A stretch of 64,000 bases of DNA from Desulfobulbaceae bacterium (GTDB lineage: Bacteria > Desulfobacterota > Desulfobulbia > Desulfobulbales > Desulfobulbaceae), in contig WFZC01000037.1 of assembly GCA_015489765.1 (NCBI GenBank), positions 3,400 through 67,399 on the forward strand. The letters are read 5' to 3'. This document shows, piece after piece, positions 1-8,273 of this stretch. Position 1 is the first letter of the stretch; each line of letters begins with the position of its first letter. The position numbers were made by a program, and so were the translations under genes. The notes beneath the pieces were generated by a model. The model did not search any database. It was given only the letters and a program-made list of their open reading frames with translations, and was not told the origin of the DNA.

Positions 1-1
1 A

Positions 2-520
2 ACGGCCGCTCATAAAACACTGCCCATGGGGACCATGCTGTTGGTAAAAAACCTGGAAAACGGCAAAACAACCGTGGTCAGAATCAATGATCGCGGCCCC
101 TTTGTCAAAAACCGGATAATTGACCTGAGCTATTCAGCGGCAAAATCCATTGGCATGATAGACAAGGGCACGGCCAGGGTACAAATCACCGCCCTTGGCG
201 AGGCCATCCATGTACCGGCCAAAACGGCAACAACGACGACAAAACCGGCCACCCAAATGCCAAAGCTGAAACATAAGGATTTTGATGCCGGCCATTTTTA
301 CGTCCAGGTGGGATCGTTTGAACACAAAAAAGAGGCGCGGGCTCTGGCGGAAAAATTTGCCGCCCAAGGGAAGGATGTCATCATTCAGCAGTTCCCGGCG
401 GCCGGGACCTACCTGTTTCGGGTTATGGTCTTTGCCGGCACCTCGCTGAAAAAGGCCCGCGGCTATGAACATTTTCTGGAAAAGAACGGATTTCCCAACG
501 CCCTGATCATTGCCAGATAA
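2..520 (+). CDS. rlpA: RlpA family lytic transglycosylase (DPBB + SPOR domains), 5' end outside window
   Basis: The frame is open from base 2. [34 protein letters not shown] is the RlpA/DPBB core. The C-terminal part is SPOR-like ([22 protein letters not shown]). Stop TAA at 518-520. Confidence 0.85.
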   Translation, partial: TAAHKTLPMGTMLLVKNLENGKTTVVRINDRGPFVKNRIIDLSYSAAKSIGMIDKGTARVQITALGEAIHVPAKTATTTTKPATQMPKLKHKDFDAGHFYVQVGSFEHKKEARALAEKFAAQGKDVIIQQFPAAGTYLFRVMVFAGTSLKKARGYEHFLEKNGFPNALIIAR

Positions 521-595
521 ACCAGCACACCTTAACTGCACAATAAACCAGGAAAATCAACAGGTCGCGCCCATAACAATGTAATCCTATCTTCA

Positions 596-695
596 GATAA
601 ACCAGCATGGCTGGACCATAATGTACCGTCCCAGCCACAACAAATGATGGAAATAGTCTGAAAGAACACAGCTACGCGGGTGATTTTCGGATAAA
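596..695 (+). repeat. Family-1 structured intergenic repeat, copy A (about 100 nt)
   Basis: GATAAACCAGCATGGCTGGACCATAATGTACCGTCCCAGCCACAACAAATGATGGAAATAG...GATTTTCGGATAA aligns over its full length with copies at 41771, 43234 (inverted) and 56488. It lies between the convergent rlpA and trpF genes. Confidence 0.85.
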
Positions 696-806
696 ATAAC
701 GCTTTCCTAAGGCGAATAAATTCTCCCCTACAGCATGTACATTAACGCATGTGCATTTTTCTTTTCGAATAAATCCCTGATTGCAGAGATCTGTTTTTCA
801 GCATCC

Positions 807-1475
807 CTATCCCCGGTTGACACTGTTTTCAAAGGCGCGGACCCGGCCGACCAGGGCCTTGATCAGGGCATGGTCCTTGATCCCTGGCGCTGTTTCAAGG
901 CCGGAATTGACATCCACCGCGTAGGGACGGACCGCTTTCAGGGCTGCTGAGATATTATCGGGGTTCAGCCCCCCGGCCAGCAGCAAGGGCCGATTTAATT
1001 TGAGCCTTTCAATCAGATTCCAGTCAAAGGTCTTTCCGGTGCCGCCGACCATCTGCTTATGATAGGTGTCAAGGAGATAGCCCCGGACATGGGCATCATA
1101 GGGCCGAATATCTTCAGGTGCCAGTTCCGGAGTCACCCGAAAGGCCTTGATCACCTGACAGGGAGCGCCAAAACGGACCAGCCGCTCGCAATACTTAGGC
1201 GTTTCCCGGCCATGAAGCTGGGCATAGGCAAGACGGCAGTAATCGATAATCTCCTCGACCTCCCGCCGCTTTTTATCAACAAATACGCCCACCGTATCAA
1301 TAAAAGGCGGCAACTGTTCAATAATTGCCCGGGCCCTTTCCGGATCGATGTTTCGCCTGCTCTGCCGGTGAAAAATAAAACCAAGCGCATCAACGCCTGC
1401 TGCAACCGCCGCCTCGGCGTCAGCGATTCTGGTCATACCGCATATTTTGATTCGTATACGGGCCATGGCCGTCAT
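807..1475 (-). CDS. trpF: Phosphoribosylanthranilate isomerase
   Basis: 222-aa ORF. IKICGMTR at the N-terminus, and the ending ...AVDVNSGLETAPGIKD, are typical of TrpF. It is the last gene of the trpEGDCF run. Confidence 0.9.
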   Translation of the reverse strand: MTAMARIRIKICGMTRIADAEAAVAAGVDALGFIFHRQSRRNIDPERARAIIEQLPPFIDTVGVFVDKKRREVEEIIDYCRLAYAQLHGRETPKYCERLVRFGAPCQVIKAFRVTPELAPEDIRPYDAHVRGYLLDTYHKQMVGGTGKTFDWNLIERLKLNRPLLLAGGLNPDNISAALKAVRPYAVDVNSGLETAPGIKDHALIKALVGRVRAFENSVNRG

Positions 1476-1539
1476 CTGATTTTTTGTCTCTCCTTTCCAG
1501 GTTTGTAACTATGTGATTCCATACCGGTATAGCCCCAAC

Positions 1540-2307
1540 TCATTCAACATGAACAAAATCGTGCAACAGGGTGGAATGTTCCCCTCTGCGCATCAGGCTT
1601 TCGCCAATGAGCGCGGCTGTCACCTCCTGGTGCAGCAGGGCGCGAATATCTTCCACCGTGGAAATCCCGGATTCGCTAACCAGGGGAATATTTTCGGGAA
1701 TTTCACGCTGCAATCGAAAGGTGGTATTCAGGTCAACCGTAAAATCCTTCAAATTGCGATTATTGATGCCGATAAGCCGGCTGCCGGCCACAAGCGCTGC
1801 CTCCACTTCCTGTTCATCATGGACCTCAACCAGTACATCCATACCCAGTTCTTCAGCCTGCTGACGAAAGTCACGCAGCCGGGAAGTATCCAGAATAGCG
1901 GCAATCAATAAAATCGCATCGGCGCCATGGACATGCGCCTCCTCGATCTGGAGCGGATCAATAATAAAATCCTTGCGCAAGACAGGCAGGGAAACAGTTT
2001 TGCGGACCTGGACAAGATAATCAAGATGGCCCTGAAAAAAATCGACATCGGTCAGCACGGACATGGCATGGGCACCCTCCTGTTCATACCGGGTCGCAAT
2101 ACGGGCCGGATCAAAATCAGGGGCAATGACTCCCTTGGAAGGCGAGGCCTTTTTGGCCTCGGCAATGATCGCAACCCATGGGGCGATCAGCAGGGCCCGG
2201 GTAAACCCTCTTGGTGGATCAACAGGTTCTTCCGGTTCCCGGATACCGCTTTTTTTCAGGTTGTCGACTTCTTCCCTTTTGCGGGCAACAATGGTATCAA
2301 GGATCAT
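1540..2307 (-). CDS. trpC: Indole-3-glycerol phosphate synthase
   Basis: MILDTIVARKREEV..., IAEAKKASPSKG and LRKDFIIDPLQI are TrpC motifs. The ATG at 2307 is preferred because GAAGGAG lies 7 nt upstream. The longer ORF to 2334 begins with TTG and would overlap trpD. Confidence 0.9.
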   Translation of the reverse strand: MILDTIVARKREEVDNLKKSGIREPEEPVDPPRGFTRALLIAPWVAIIAEAKKASPSKGVIAPDFDPARIATRYEQEGAHAMSVLTDVDFFQGHLDYLVQVRKTVSLPVLRKDFIIDPLQIEEAHVHGADAILLIAAILDTSRLRDFRQQAEELGMDVLVEVHDEQEVEAALVAGSRLIGINNRNLKDFTVDLNTTFRLQREIPENIPLVSESGISTVEDIRALLHQEVTAALIGESLMRRGEHSTLLHDFVHVE

Positions 2308-2318
2308 GGCATACTCCT

Positions 2319-3350
2319 TCAGGATGGGCGGCAAAACTCAACCAGGCTGTCAAGTTTTGCCAGCGCCTTGCCCGAACCAATGATCCCGCGCGCCATCTCC
2401 ACCCCCTGCCCCAGGTTCTCCACTTTGCCGGCGGCCATCAGGGCGGCGCCACTGTTCAACAGCACCATATCCAGACGGGCGCCCGGTTCCCCGGCAAGGA
2501 CCGAACGTACCAGGGCTGCCGCTTCAGCCACATCGGCGCCGCCGTTGATATCCTCAAGTGTGGCCCGGGTAAGGCCGACATCCTCCGGCTCAACCGTCCA
2601 GGTCGTTACCTCGCCATCGGCGGCCTCGGCCACATGGGAGGTCCCGGTTACGGTCATCTCGTCCATATTGCCCTCTCCCCAGACAACCAGGGTCCGTTTC
2701 ATGCCGAGACGGGCCAGGACCTCGGCCATTGTTTTTGTCAACTCCCTGTCAAAAACCCCGGTGAGCTGGACATTGGCCCCGGCCGGATTGGTCATGGGGC
2801 CCAGAATATTGAAAACCGTACGAATACCTATTTCCCGGCGCGGACAAATGGCATGCTTCATCGCTCCGTGCAGCATGGGGGCAAAAAGAAACCCGATGCC
2901 AACCTGCTGCACGCATTGCGCCACCTGATCTGCGGGCATGGAAAGATCAACCCCAAGCTCTTCCAGGACATCGGCGCTGCCACAACTTGATGATATAGCC
3001 CGGTTGCCGTGCTTGGCAACCGGGATGCCTGCCGCGGCCACCACAAAGGCAGTAGTGGTAGAGACATTAAAGGTGCCGGAACCGTCACCGCCGGTGCCGA
3101 CAATATCCATTAAAATCTCTCCTGCCCCGGTATCAACTCCGCAGTCGACAAAGGTCGCCTTTTCCCGCATCACCCGAACAGCCCCGACTATTTCATCAAT
3201 GGTCTCGCCCTTCATGCGAAGAGCGGTGATAAATGCGCCTATCTGGGCCGGTGTGGCCTGGCCGGACATGATCTCATCCATGACTGCAATCATCTCCTGT
3301 TCCGTGAGATTGTCACCGGCAACTACCTTTGCTATGGCCTCTTTCATCAT
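2319..3350 (-). CDS. trpD: Anthranilate phosphoribosyltransferase
   Basis: GTGGDGSGTFNVSTTTAFVVAAAG and KHGNRAISS are TrpD motifs. ATG-ATG at 3350/3347 follows GAGGA. The track ORF start at 3362 is a TTG. Confidence 0.9.
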   Translation of the reverse strand: MMKEAIAKVVAGDNLTEQEMIAVMDEIMSGQATPAQIGAFITALRMKGETIDEIVGAVRVMREKATFVDCGVDTGAGEILMDIVGTGGDGSGTFNVSTTTAFVVAAAGIPVAKHGNRAISSSCGSADVLEELGVDLSMPADQVAQCVQQVGIGFLFAPMLHGAMKHAICPRREIGIRTVFNILGPMTNPAGANVQLTGVFDRELTKTMAEVLARLGMKRTLVVWGEGNMDEMTVTGTSHVAEAADGEVTTWTVEPEDVGLTRATLEDINGGADVAEAAALVRSVLAGEPGARLDMVLLNSGAALMAAGKVENLGQGVEMARGIIGSGKALAKLDSLVEFCRPS

Positions 3351-3395
3351 GGTGATCCTCAAATCAAATATTTTATTTGCTACACAAAAACAATA

Positions 3396-4007
3396 TTATA
3401 AAAGTTTAGGATAATCATCCCGAAGAAAGGTATGCAAAAGTTTGATGCCAACCCCGGTCATGATCGATTCAGGATGAAACTGCACCCCTTCCACTGCCAG
3501 TTCCTTATGGCGAATACCCATCAGTTCTCCCTGGTCGGTGTGGGCGGTGGCCTCCAGGCAGGCGGGCAGGGATTGCTCCTCAACCACCAGGGAATGATAC
3601 CGCATGCCTTCAAAAGGATTCTCCAGCCCGGTAAAGACACCCCGGTTATCATGGTGGATAGGACTGGTCTTGCCGTGCATGACCCGCCCGGCCCGAATAA
3701 CCCTGCCGCCGAACGCCTCGCCGATTGCCTGGTGCCCAAGACAGACGCCGAGGATGGGGACCCTGCCGCTGAAATACTCTATGGCGGCAATGGAAATACC
3801 GGCCTCGGATGGCGTGCAGGGACCGGGAGAGATGAGCAGCCTGTCGGGAGCAAGCTCGGCGATTTCCGGGACGCTTATCCGGTCGTTGCGAAAAACTCGG
3901 ATCTCCGGGGCCGCCCAGTCGGCTGCCGCTCCGGGCGGTCTGGTGGCCAGGGTCTGGACAATATTATAGGTAAAGGAATCGTAATTATCTATGACAACAA
4001 GCATCAT
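3396..4007 (-). CDS. trpG: Anthranilate synthase component II (glutamine amidotransferase)
   Basis: [26 protein letters not shown] and GVQFHPES form the class-I GATase triad context. ATG at 4007 follows AGGAA. The track ORF extends to a TTG at 4073. Confidence 0.9.
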   Translation of the reverse strand: MMLVVIDNYDSFTYNIVQTLATRPPGAAADWAAPEIRVFRNDRISVPEIAELAPDRLLISPGPCTPSEAGISIAAIEYFSGRVPILGVCLGHQAIGEAFGGRVIRAGRVMHGKTSPIHHDNRGVFTGLENPFEGMRYHSLVVEEQSLPACLEATAHTDQGELMGIRHKELAVEGVQFHPESIMTGVGIKLLHTFLRDDYPKLL

Positions 4008-4088
4008 CTGACATTCCTGTTGGTTTCCAAGACGGATTTTGCCTGCAATCCAAACCTGCGGATGCGGTTTCAAACAGGCGAATAAATA

Positions 4089-5588
4089 CTACAACCCTTT
4101 TTCGGCAAGTTCCACGGCCCGACGCAGGCCCCGGGCCTTGTTCAGGGTTTCCTCATATTCTTTTTCCGGATCGGAATCAGCCACAATACCGGCCCCGGCC
4201 TGTATATAAAGGTCCCGGGTATTCGGGTCATCGGTTTCCTGCAAGACAAAGGTGCGGATAGTGATACAAAAATCCATGTTCCCTGAAAACCCGAAATATC
4301 CAACAGCCCCGGCATAGGGGCCCCTCCGTTCCACTTCCAGCTCGTCGATAATCTCCATGGCCCGAATCTTGGGCGCACCGGACACAGTTCCGGCCGGAAA
4401 GCAGGCCTTCAGAACGTCAAACTGATCTTTTCCCGGCGCCAGTCGTCCATGGACACCGGAAACAATATGCATCACATGGCTGTAACGCTCGATCACCAGC
4501 AGATCCCGGACCTGCACCGAGCCCGATTCCGCCACCCGGCCCACATCGTTACGGCCCAGATCCACCAGCATGAGGTGTTCCGCCCGTTCCTTCGGATCGG
4601 CAAGCAGCTCCTGTTCCAGGGCCAGGTCCTCGGCCTCGGTTCGGCCCCTTTTTCTCGTTCCGGCAATGGGACGCAACTCGATTTCTCCCTGCTCGAGGCG
4701 AACAAGTATTTCCGGGGACGAGCCGATCAGGATGCTTTGATCGTGGCGAAGAAAAAAGAGATAGGGGCTTGGATTTATATGGCGAAGCGCTCGGTAAAGC
4801 AAAAAAGGGTCAAGTTGCGTCCTGGCATGAAAACGCTGGGACAGCACCACCTGGATGATGTCACCGGCAAGAATATACTCCCGGGCCGCCTCCACCATGG
4901 CCGCAAAGGCCTCTGGTTTCATATTGGAAGAAAATTCATGCGGGCCGCTGTTCTTTGGAGACGAATCCATACGGACAGGCGTTTGTAACAGCCTGATCAC
5001 CTCATCAATCCGGCGGCACCCCTGTTCATACAGCTCAGGGGGAGGGACACCGATGTCTGTCTCTACATTACAGACAATGGTCAATGTCTGCTGGACGGAA
5101 TCATGGATCAACACCAGCCGAGGCACCATAAAGGCGCTGTCCGGATATGGCAGCTCGGGATGGTGGCAGGGAATATCTTCGACAAACCGGACCATATCAT
5201 ATCCCAGAAACCCGACAGCCCCGCCGTAAAATCTCGGCATGCCGGGCAGGTCAGCGGTCTTGAAGGAATCAAGAAGCCGCTTGAGTTCATCAAGGGGATT
5301 ACAGTGGTCAATTTTCACTGCTCCCTGTTCCTGGTCCGGACGATTCAGGTGTACCGTATCTCCCCTGCTGATAAAGGTGGCCAGCGGATCAAGGCCGATA
5401 AAGGAATACCGTCCCCACTTTTCCCCTCCTTCCATGGATTCAAAGAGAAAGGCGTGGCGCCGTTCACCCGCAATTTTGGCAAACAGGGTCAGCGGCGTGT
5501 CCAGATCCGCAATAATCCTCCGATAGACAGGAACAAGGCCGGACTGATCAGTCATTTTTGTAAAAGCTGCAAGATCAGGGCTATACAT
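4089..5588 (-). CDS. trpE: Anthranilate synthase component I
   Basis: The product is about 499 aa. LFESMEGGEKWGRYSFIG and GAGIVADSDPEKEYEET are TrpE signatures. ATG at 5588; the track ORF adds four codons from a TTG at 5600. Confidence 0.9.
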   Translation of the reverse strand: MYSPDLAAFTKMTDQSGLVPVYRRIIADLDTPLTLFAKIAGERRHAFLFESMEGGEKWGRYSFIGLDPLATFISRGDTVHLNRPDQEQGAVKIDHCNPLDELKRLLDSFKTADLPGMPRFYGGAVGFLGYDMVRFVEDIPCHHPELPYPDSAFMVPRLVLIHDSVQQTLTIVCNVETDIGVPPPELYEQGCRRIDEVIRLLQTPVRMDSSPKNSGPHEFSSNMKPEAFAAMVEAAREYILAGDIIQVVLSQRFHARTQLDPFLLYRALRHINPSPYLFFLRHDQSILIGSSPEILVRLEQGEIELRPIAGTRKRGRTEAEDLALEQELLADPKERAEHLMLVDLGRNDVGRVAESGSVQVRDLLVIERYSHVMHIVSGVHGRLAPGKDQFDVLKACFPAGTVSGAPKIRAMEIIDELEVERRGPYAGAVGYFGFSGNMDFCITIRTFVLQETDDPNTRDLYIQAGAGIVADSDPEKEYEETLNKARGLRRAVELAEKGL

Positions 5589-5756
5589 GGCAACTCTCAA
5601 ATTTTCCAGGAAACATAGGAGTTAAACGACCACCAGCTACAAGCTGGCGGATTCAAAGCTCGGCGGACTAACCGCCGACCGAAAGCGAATGCGTCTACAA
5701 GACGGTGCTTTTAAACCACAGGCTGAAAAAACGGCTTAAGCCTGCCCAGCGACAAT

Positions 5757-5790
5757 AAAAAAAGCCATGGAAGCGCATCGCTCCCATGGC
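5757..5790 (-). terminator. Rho-independent terminator downstream of rpsT
   Basis: On the minus strand a 12-bp stem (GCCATGGGAGCG / CGCTTCCATGGC, one mismatch, 3-nt loop) is followed by TTTTTTT. It lies 36 nt after the rpsT stop. Confidence 0.8.
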
Positions 5791-5825
5791 TTATTTCTAT
5801 CAAGACAAAAATACCCTACACCCGG

Positions 5826-6098
5826 TTAACCAAGGGGCTGCATCCTGTTCACTCTCCTGGTTAGACGGGAAACCTTACGGGATGCTGCCTTTCTGTGAAT
5901 AGTACCCTTGGCTGCTGTTTTCTGGATTATCGGAACCGCCTTGGCCAAGGCCTTATGGGCCTCTTCCTCTGACCCGGCAACAAGAGCCTCTTCAACCTGG
6001 CGAATGGCTGTCTTCATCCTTGATTTGTTCATACGGTTACGAAGACGACGTACCTTGGACTGACGGTCTCTCTTCATTGCGGACTTATGGTTGGCCAT
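5826..6098 (-). CDS. rpsT: 30S ribosomal protein S20
   Basis: MANHKSAMKRDRQSKVRRLRNRMNKSRMKTAIR is a classic S20 N-terminus. 90 aa. AAGGAG lies upstream of the ATG. Confidence 0.95.
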   Translation of the reverse strand: MANHKSAMKRDRQSKVRRLRNRMNKSRMKTAIRQVEEALVAGSEEEAHKALAKAVPIIQKTAAKGTIHRKAASRKVSRLTRRVNRMQPLG

Positions 6099-6152
6099 AC
6101 AAAACTCCTTATTTCCCCTGACGGGATGATCAATTATTTTTTTGAACTCTCT

Positions 6153-6181
6153 TTAGTATCGAATTAACAATCTTCTGTCAA
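6153..6181 (-). promoter_or_regulatory. Sigma-70-type promoter for rpsT
   Basis: On the minus strand: TTGACA (6181-6176), N17, TACTAA (6158-6153). It lies about 55 nt upstream of the rpsT ATG. Confidence 0.55.
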
Positions 6182-6296
6182 GAATATTCTGCCCGGTTTT
6201 TTACCTCGATTGATCTCCCTGTACCACTGCCTATTTAAGCTGCCCTTGGCCCCAATCATGTCTACCAGGGTTCCGACTAAACAGGGTCATGCCGAC

Positions 6297-6404
6297 GTAA
6301 GTGGTCAGGGGGCACCGCATCTTCGCACGATCACGACTGTCCACATAGTGGGCTATGGCGACCAGTCGCGCCTGCACAAATCTACGGTACCCCTGACCAC
6401 TTAC
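6297..6404. repeat. Long hairpin: 15-bp perfect inverted repeat enclosing about 78 nt
   Basis: GTAAGTGGTCAGGGG (6297-6311) is the exact reverse complement of CCCCTGACCACTTAC (6390-6404). The stem extends by about 7 more pairs after a 1-nt bulge. There are internal sub-hairpins (CGACTG/CAGTCG, CCAC/GTGG). No U-tract follows on either strand. Confidence 0.75.
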
Positions 6405-6461
6405 AAATTTAAAGTATATGAAAACAAATGGTTACAAATCCTGTGACCAGTTACATGCCGA

Positions 6462-7985
6462 CTATTTGTTGTTTCCGGCAGAGGGCACACCTTTGGCGCC
6501 GGTAAAATCCGCGGAATCGGTTGCGGCCTCGGTCAGGTCGGCGCCGGTTAAATCAGCGCCGGTCAGATCAGCTTTATACAGATCGGCTTCGGAGAGATCA
6601 GCGTCCCTGAGATTGGCTCCGGACAGGTTGGCACCCTTGAGATTGGCCTCGGCAAGATTAGTGTCCGACAGATTAGCCCCGGCCAGATTGGCCCGTTCAA
6701 GATCAACACCTTTCAGCCGTTTCCCGGACAGGTCCACGCCGGCAAGATCACACTCCACGCAGGCATCGGTATCAAGCAACCGCTCCACGGTTTGTTGCTT
6801 TGCTGCCGCAGCCTGGGCCGGTGTCTGCACAGTGTAGAGAAGCGGACCAGCCTCCTTTGCACCAGCATTCTGAGCGGCGGCATCCCCGGAAACATGGGTA
6901 TCTGCGGCGGATTTACCTTTCACAGCAGGCGTGGCAGACTCGCCTGTCTGTTCCTCCTTCCCTGCTGTTGCCGGCACTGGTTTCACCGGTTGTTCAGGGG
7001 CTGCTGCTTTTTTTACAGTTGTTGCCTGCGGTTGCATGTTTGCTACAGAACCGGATTTTTCCTCTGTTATTTCAGGTTGTCTCTGGTTAGGTTCAGCAGT
7101 GGTTGCAATATCTTTTTTATGATTTTTTTTATGTAGCTCTCCGCTCTCCTTTCCTGGCGCATCAGCCTCAATCTGGGCGATCATGTCATGGACCGCCGAA
7201 TTTTCATCAACCCCAGCGGTCCTGGTCTTCGATGACGGTTTTAGTCCGGCCTTTTCCGGTGTTACCACCTCTGACCTGCCGGCGGCAACAGGCTGTTTTT
7301 TCTGTTCACGCAGGACAACGGCCTTTTCTTTTTCAGGTTTTCCGGCTTCTGTGGTTTCCATCGCCACAGGGACCACTGCATCGGCCATACTCACAGGATG
7401 TTTGGAACCGGCAGCAGGGGCAACCGGAGGCTGTTTTGCCTCAGGCAGCGATGCTGACGATGACACCTTGTCATTGTCTCCCTGTTTTTCTATATCCACC
7501 TCCTGAGTGTATGGCGCATGCTTGGATTTCGCTCCGTCCGGGACAAAAACTGTTTCCCCGGTTGCCAATCCACCCTGGTCACCGCCCTGTTCTTTAAGGG
7601 TACCATCTAGTTTTGCTCCCTTCAGATAGGCGCCCTGGAGAATGGCGCCGGTCAGATTGGCGCCGGTCAAATCAGCACCTGCCAGGTCAGCGCCGCCAAG
7701 TATGGCGCCCTGCAGGTTTGCTCCCCGCAGGTTGGCGCCGGAAAGATCAGTCAGGTTGCATTTGGCGCCGGAAAGGTTGGCGCCGGAAAGATCAGCTCCG
7801 GAAAGATCGACCCTGGTCAGGACAGCGCCGGCAAGGTCACAGCCGGGACAACTATTGGTCTTGATGAGGTGCTGAAAATTCTTCTGCACGACAGGACGGC
7901 CTGAGCCGATGGTGGCCGCGTGCCCGTTCCCGGTCGAAAGACCCAAAAACAGACAACAGACAGCATGGAACATGTATTTTTTCAT
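6462..7985 (-). CDS. Secreted pentapeptide-repeat protein with two CxxCDLAG + repeat modules joined by a long disordered linker
   Basis: MKKYMFHAVCCLFLGLSTGNGHA is a signal peptide. Two blocks of A(D/N)LxG pentapeptides follow CPGCDLAG and CVECDLAG. About 270 aa of K/E/P/A-rich linker lie between them. ATG at 7985 follows AGGGGA; the track ORF start at 8057 adds 24 unlikely codons. Confidence 0.8.
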   Translation of the reverse strand: MKKYMFHAVCCLFLGLSTGNGHAATIGSGRPVVQKNFQHLIKTNSCPGCDLAGAVLTRVDLSGADLSGANLSGAKCNLTDLSGANLRGANLQGAILGGADLAGADLTGANLTGAILQGAYLKGAKLDGTLKEQGGDQGGLATGETVFVPDGAKSKHAPYTQEVDIEKQGDNDKVSSSASLPEAKQPPVAPAAGSKHPVSMADAVVPVAMETTEAGKPEKEKAVVLREQKKQPVAAGRSEVVTPEKAGLKPSSKTRTAGVDENSAVHDMIAQIEADAPGKESGELHKKNHKKDIATTAEPNQRQPEITEEKSGSVANMQPQATTVKKAAAPEQPVKPVPATAGKEEQTGESATPAVKGKSAADTHVSGDAAAQNAGAKEAGPLLYTVQTPAQAAAAKQQTVERLLDTDACVECDLAGVDLSGKRLKGVDLERANLAGANLSDTNLAEANLKGANLSGANLRDADLSEADLYKADLTGADLTGADLTEAATDSADFTGAKGVPSAGNNK

Positions 7986-8093
7986 TTTTATTTTTCCCCT
8001 ATCCCTCTCCGGAGCCAACGGGCATCCCCTGGATAACCAAAATAGACGGTTGCACACATATTCAATATGCTAATCGGTATACTGGAGGATGAA

Positions 8094-8122
8094 TATATAC
8101 ACATCTTGGAGCCGAGTTACAA
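8094..8122 (-). promoter_or_regulatory. Candidate sigma-70-type promoter for the pentapeptide-repeat gene
   Basis: On the minus strand: TTGTAA (8122-8117), N17, TATATA (8099-8094). It lies about 110 nt upstream of the ATG at 7985. Confidence 0.4.
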
Positions 8123-8164
8123 ATAAAACAAACAAGAGGTTGGAAATTATCCACCAGCCTCCAT

Positions 8165-8198
8165 AAAAAAAGCCTGTCGATCTACAGGACCGACAGGC
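8165..8198 (-). terminator. Rho-independent terminator ending the cytochrome/rhodanese unit
   Basis: On the minus strand an 8-bp stem (GCCTGTCG/CGACAGGC) with an 11-nt loop is followed by TTTTTTT. It lies 76 nt after the rhodanese stop. Confidence 0.8.
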
Positions 8199-8273
8199 AA
8201 GACAAAATATATGGTTTCCCATCACGATATGGAATGTAATGGGACAAGCGCAGGCCAGAAACCTCGGCGAGAC

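Noticed and set aside
1927-2990. 333-aa and 259-aa plus-strand ORFs
   Set aside because: They are antisense to trpC and trpD. The products are Pro/Arg/Ser/Ala-rich and appear to be frame artefacts.
5589-5756. T-box riboswitch or classical trp attenuator upstream of trpE
   Set aside because: The leader is too short for a T-box, with no recognisable T-box sequence or specifier-loop layout. No terminator hairpin with a U-tract lies between the candidate leader peptide and trpE. It is kept only as a low-interest structured-leader finding.
6210-6446. 78-aa plus-strand ORF in the rpsT upstream region
   Set aside because: It has no RBS. It spans the long hairpin at 6297-6404 and begins about 30 nt beyond the rpsT promoter boxes (6153-6181). 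The composition is unlike that of neighbouring genes.
6418-6837. 139-aa plus-strand ORF with SAPVKSAPV-type periodicity (a similar ORF lies at 7642-7875)
   Set aside because: The periodicity is the mirror image of the pentapeptide-repeat coding sequence on the minus strand. It is not an independent gene.
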